Source: Rubripirellula sp.
Lineage (GTDB): Bacteria; Planctomycetota; Planctomycetia; Pirellulales; Pirellulaceae
Assembly (NCBI GenBank): GCA_965216875.1
Contig: OZ244207.1
Coordinates: forward strand, 6,080,001 to 6,144,000
DNA length: 64,000 bases
Reading direction: 5' to 3'
The translations under genes were made by a program, and so were the position numbers. Every line of letters starts with the position of its first letter. Within the stretch, counting starts at the first letter, position 1. Positions 61,027 through 64,000 of the stretch are shown piece after piece. The notes under the pieces were generated by a model. It was not told where the DNA came from. It worked only from the letters and a program-made list of their open reading frames with translations, and made no database searches.

Positions 61027-64000
61027 ATGCACGGGCCGCAGGGCAAACGGTTATTGGTTCCGGACGGATTCACTCAACCACCATCGTCGTATCGTTTCCG
61101 CGCGTGGCTGGCGATGATCGGGCTACTGGTCTTCATCGCACTGTACATCAGTTTGGCGTGCTGGTTCAGCTACACCGCCTATCGGATGATTGCAGGCGTA
61201 TTCGCTGGCGGAAACGGCGCCGTGGCAGGCTTCTTTGCCGCCATCCCGTCTGCTTTCCTGGCCATCTTCATGTGGAAGGCGTTGTTCTTTGTTCGGCAAG
61301 GATCCAATCAACATGGCATCGAAATCAACGATGGAAACCAACCCGAACTGCATCGCTTTTTGCGTGAACTGGCCGACGAAATTGGCGCCCCGCGTCCACA
61401 TCGCGTCTTTCTTGCGCCCAACGTCAATGCTGCCGTTTTCTATGACCTCTCCATCCTAAACCTCATCATCCCCACCAAGAAGAATCTGATCATTGGATTG
61501 GGCTTGGTCAATTCCTTGAACCGTTCCGAGTTCAAGGCCGTGCTTGCGCATGAGTTTGGCCATTTTGCCCAGCGATCGATGGCCGTCGGCCGATGGGTCT
61601 ACGTTGGCGAACAAATTGCTTCGCACATCATTTCGAAACGCGACCTCCTTGATAAGTCGCTCGACTTCCTTTCCACGATCGATCTACGTGTCGCCTGGAT
61701 CGGTTGGATCATGCGGCTAATCGTTTGGTCGATCCGTTCATTGATGGAGACGGTCTTTCAGTTAGTCGTTCTTGCTCACCGCGCGCTCGCGCGTGAAATG
61801 GAGTTTCAGGCTGACCTTGTTGCCGTCTCGGTCACGGGCAGCGATCCGCTTGTACATGCGTTGCATCGGCTTCAAACCGCCGAGGAGGATTGGGACCAAA
61901 GCCTCGAGTTTGCCACAACCCAATTCGCCAACAAACGAGTCGTCCCCAATCTTTACGCCGTACAGTCGCGGATCGGCGAGCACATGCGACGCATCCTCGA
62001 CGACCCCGACTACGGAACGGCGCCAGACCTCCCTCCGACCGACCGCCCTAATCACCGAGTCTTTTCTCAACAAATCGCGCAACCACCGCGAATGTGGTCC
62101 ACTCATCCGCCCAACAACGAGCGTGAAGAGAATGCCAAAAAGACCTACATCGCTTCGGCTATTGATAACACGCCTGCTTGGAGTCTTTTCTCGCAGCCTG
62201 AGCAACTCAAAGAATCGGTCACTGACTACATCTTCGAAGATGCTCCAATCGACGAAACCTACCAAAAGATTTCCGTCGAGGATTCGCTGCAACTCGTTGA
62301 TGAGATGTATGCCGAAGCAAGCTACGATCCCAAGTACCGAGGAGCCTACTTGGGACGCGCCATCACCATCGCGAGTGACTCGGTCGATACGCTTCGCAGC
62401 GAACCTGTCCCGCGAGATCACCTCGCCGATTCTCTGATTCAGCTGTATCCACAAGACTTGCATACTGCGGTTGGCGATCTGAGACAACTCAACGAACGTC
62501 TCACGCTATTGGAAGCGGTACAAGATGGACACTTTGATGCATCTGAAGCAAAGGGAGAATCCGACACTCAAGATCGAATCAATCGGCGCGAGCTTCCGGA
62601 ATTGATCGCGACGACGAAAGGACAACGTGATGAAGCACTCGCCATCATAGAAACGCATGATCGCGCCTGCCGAACGTTGCATCACAGCGCCGCGCGTTAC
62701 GTCGCCCATGGCTGGCAAGAATACCTCGATGGAATAACCCAACTGCTCCACTATGCCGAACACACCGAAGCCGAGTTGAATGATGCCTACGGGCACCTTG
62801 CCAACGTCACCAACATCGCTCTTGCTGCCGGTCGACCGGGACAGGCAAAAGTCAATCGCGTGGTTGAATCGGCAAATGATCTACAACGAATCTTGGCGGC
62901 CATCGACAGCGATTCGGATAAGGTTGTGCTCCCACCAAGAGTGCTCAAGGATCTCGAGGTCGAGAACTGGCGTGCCGCAATCGACAAGCTAGAACTTCCG
63001 CCTGCGGATGTCACGAATATCGGACAATGGTTGGAGGTCGTCGAATCGTGGGTCGAACCGGTCCGCCGCCGACTCGCGGACTTGCGAAAAGCCTCCCTGA
63101 GTGAACTCCTCCGCGCCGAGGCGGCCGTTGGTGAAATGTATTCCGGAAACGCGGAAGCCACAGCGGCTCCCAAAGTCGCGATTGTGCCCGACGCCTATCG
63201 AACGCGTCGGCGCGGCACGGAGCGCGAGCGGCAGAAGAAATATGACTGGTGGACTCGCTTTACGCGTGCCGACGGTTTCGGACATGCCGTGATGAGATTC
63301 GCGGTGGCTGCCTGCATCGTCTCAGCGGTGGTGGTTGGCGCCGCTTTTGTTGGCGGGTCCGACTTGGTGGTTTACAACGGACTGTCCGTCCCCGTTGTCG
63401 TTAGCGTTAACGGAAAGAAGTTGGTTGTCAGCCCTCATCGCTATCGCAAAACCCAACTCAATGCGCGTCACGGTTCAATCGAGGCACGAACCAAAGAAGA
63501 CAAGCGTTTGATCGAGTCCTTTGAAATCACTGCCGACAAGGCCTTTGCATCATACGTCTACAACGTTGCCGGTGCGGCGCCGATGGTCGAATGGACGGCG
63601 GTCTACGGAAACGTCGCCGCTCCCCTGCCGATCAACCTTGGCTGCCCGAGATGGCGGACGACCAGCGCCGACTTTCTTTTTGTACAACCGCCCGCACAGA
63701 TCAAATCATCGGGTAGCGGAGGAACTCGCAAAGTCCTTTCAAGTGACTCCGACATCCCAGCCGGCGCGATTGTCGACTCGATCGAGGACCCAAGTGAAAA
63801 AGATCGGGTCGTTCGAACGCACGCACTATGGGATGCGCCCAACGCAACCTACTTGGAAAGCTGGTTGAACTACGCAACCGATCTTCCCGACTTCGACCAG
63901 ATCGTTCGCACGCGGCTTGACGTGCATCCTTGCGATGTTGTCGCTCTCCGCGCCCAACAGGATGCGAGTGACATCGAGGAAAGACCTGTCGTCTTTGAGA
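61027..64000 (+). CDS. M48-family (HtpX-like) zinc metalloprotease, 3'-truncated by window edge; absent from ORF track
   Basis: Frame open from ATG 61027: TM helices, VNAAV, AVLAHEFGHF (HExxH), REMEFQAD, STHP. Confidence 0.88.
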   Translation, partial: MHGPQGKRLLVPDGFTQPPSSYRFRAWLAMIGLLVFIALYISLACWFSYTAYRMIAGVFAGGNGAVAGFFAAIPSAFLAIFMWKALFFVRQGSNQHGIEINDGNQPELHRFLRELADEIGAPRPHRVFLAPNVNAAVFYDLSILNLIIPTKKNLIIGLGLVNSLNRSEFKAVLAHEFGHFAQRSMAVGRWVYVGEQIASHIISKRDLLDKSLDFLSTIDLRVAWIGWIMRLIVWSIRSLMETVFQLVVLAHRALAREMEFQADLVAVSVTGSDPLVHALHRLQTAEEDWDQSLEFATTQFANKRVVPNLYAVQSRIGEHMRRILDDPDYGTAPDLPPTDRPNHRVFSQQIAQPPRMWSTHPPNNEREENAKKTYIASAIDNTPAWSLFSQPEQLKESVTDYIFEDAPIDETYQKISVEDSLQLVDEMYAEASYDPKYRGAYLGRAITIASDSVDTLRSEPVPRDHLADSLIQLYPQDLHTAVGDLRQLNERLTLLEAVQDGHFDASEAKGESDTQDRINRRELPELIATTKGQRDEALAIIETHDRACRTLHHSAARYVAHGWQEYLDGITQLLHYAEHTEAELNDAYGHLANVTNIALAAGRPGQAKVNRVVESANDLQRILAAIDSDSDKVVLPPRVLKDLEVENWRAAIDKLELPPADVTNIGQWLEVVESWVEPVRRRLADLRKASLSELLRAEAAVGEMYSGNAEATAAPKVAIVPDAYRTRRRGTERERQKKYDWWTRFTRADGFGHAVMRFAVAACIVSAVVVGAAFVGGSDLVVYNGLSVPVVVSVNGKKLVVSPHRYRKTQLNARHGSIEARTKEDKRLIESFEITADKAFASYVYNVAGAAPMVEWTAVYGNVAAPLPINLGCPRWRTTSADFLFVQPPAQIKSSGSGGTRKVLSSDSDIPAGAIVDSIEDPSEKDRVVRTHALWDAPNATYLESWLNYATDLPDFDQIVRTRLDVHPCDVVALRAQQDASDIEERPVVFE

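Noticed and set aside
61762..63868. ORF-track entries in the last 3 kb
   Set aside because: All are shadows of the single open frame encoding the M48 protease, which runs off the window.

Overview
GC-rich bacterial chromosome segment, very probably from a planctomycete (Pirellulaceae-like). This is inferred from the ECF-sigma/Ser-Thr-kinase pairs, 'RxLxFExLExRxLL' extracellular proteins with dockerin repeats, and TIGR02996, DUF3500, DUF1080 and PQQ-propeller proteins. It holds about 45 CDS (including pyrC, hisA, gdhA, mscS and thiE), one tRNA-Arg(CCT) and many composite GTAG/CGTC-type REP clusters. Four features stand out. (1) An HUH/Y1 transposase gene lies among three clusters of an 11-bp motif, GGGGACAGGCA. 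Each cluster is built around hairpins with an invariant 9-nt loop and carries extra half-sites separated by unique spacers. (2) A candidate sigma54-driven, GGA-rich ~130-nt sRNA with its own terminator lies in the same locus. (3) A secreted peroxiredoxin, split in the ORF track, has UGA in place of its peroxidatic Cys plus a SECIS-like hairpin, indicating a selenoprotein. (4) An identical GCGTGACA-N17-TCTTT promoter-like motif precedes both an ECF/kinase operon and the convergent cohesin-dockerin gene. All assignments come from reading motifs by eye; no database searches were run.
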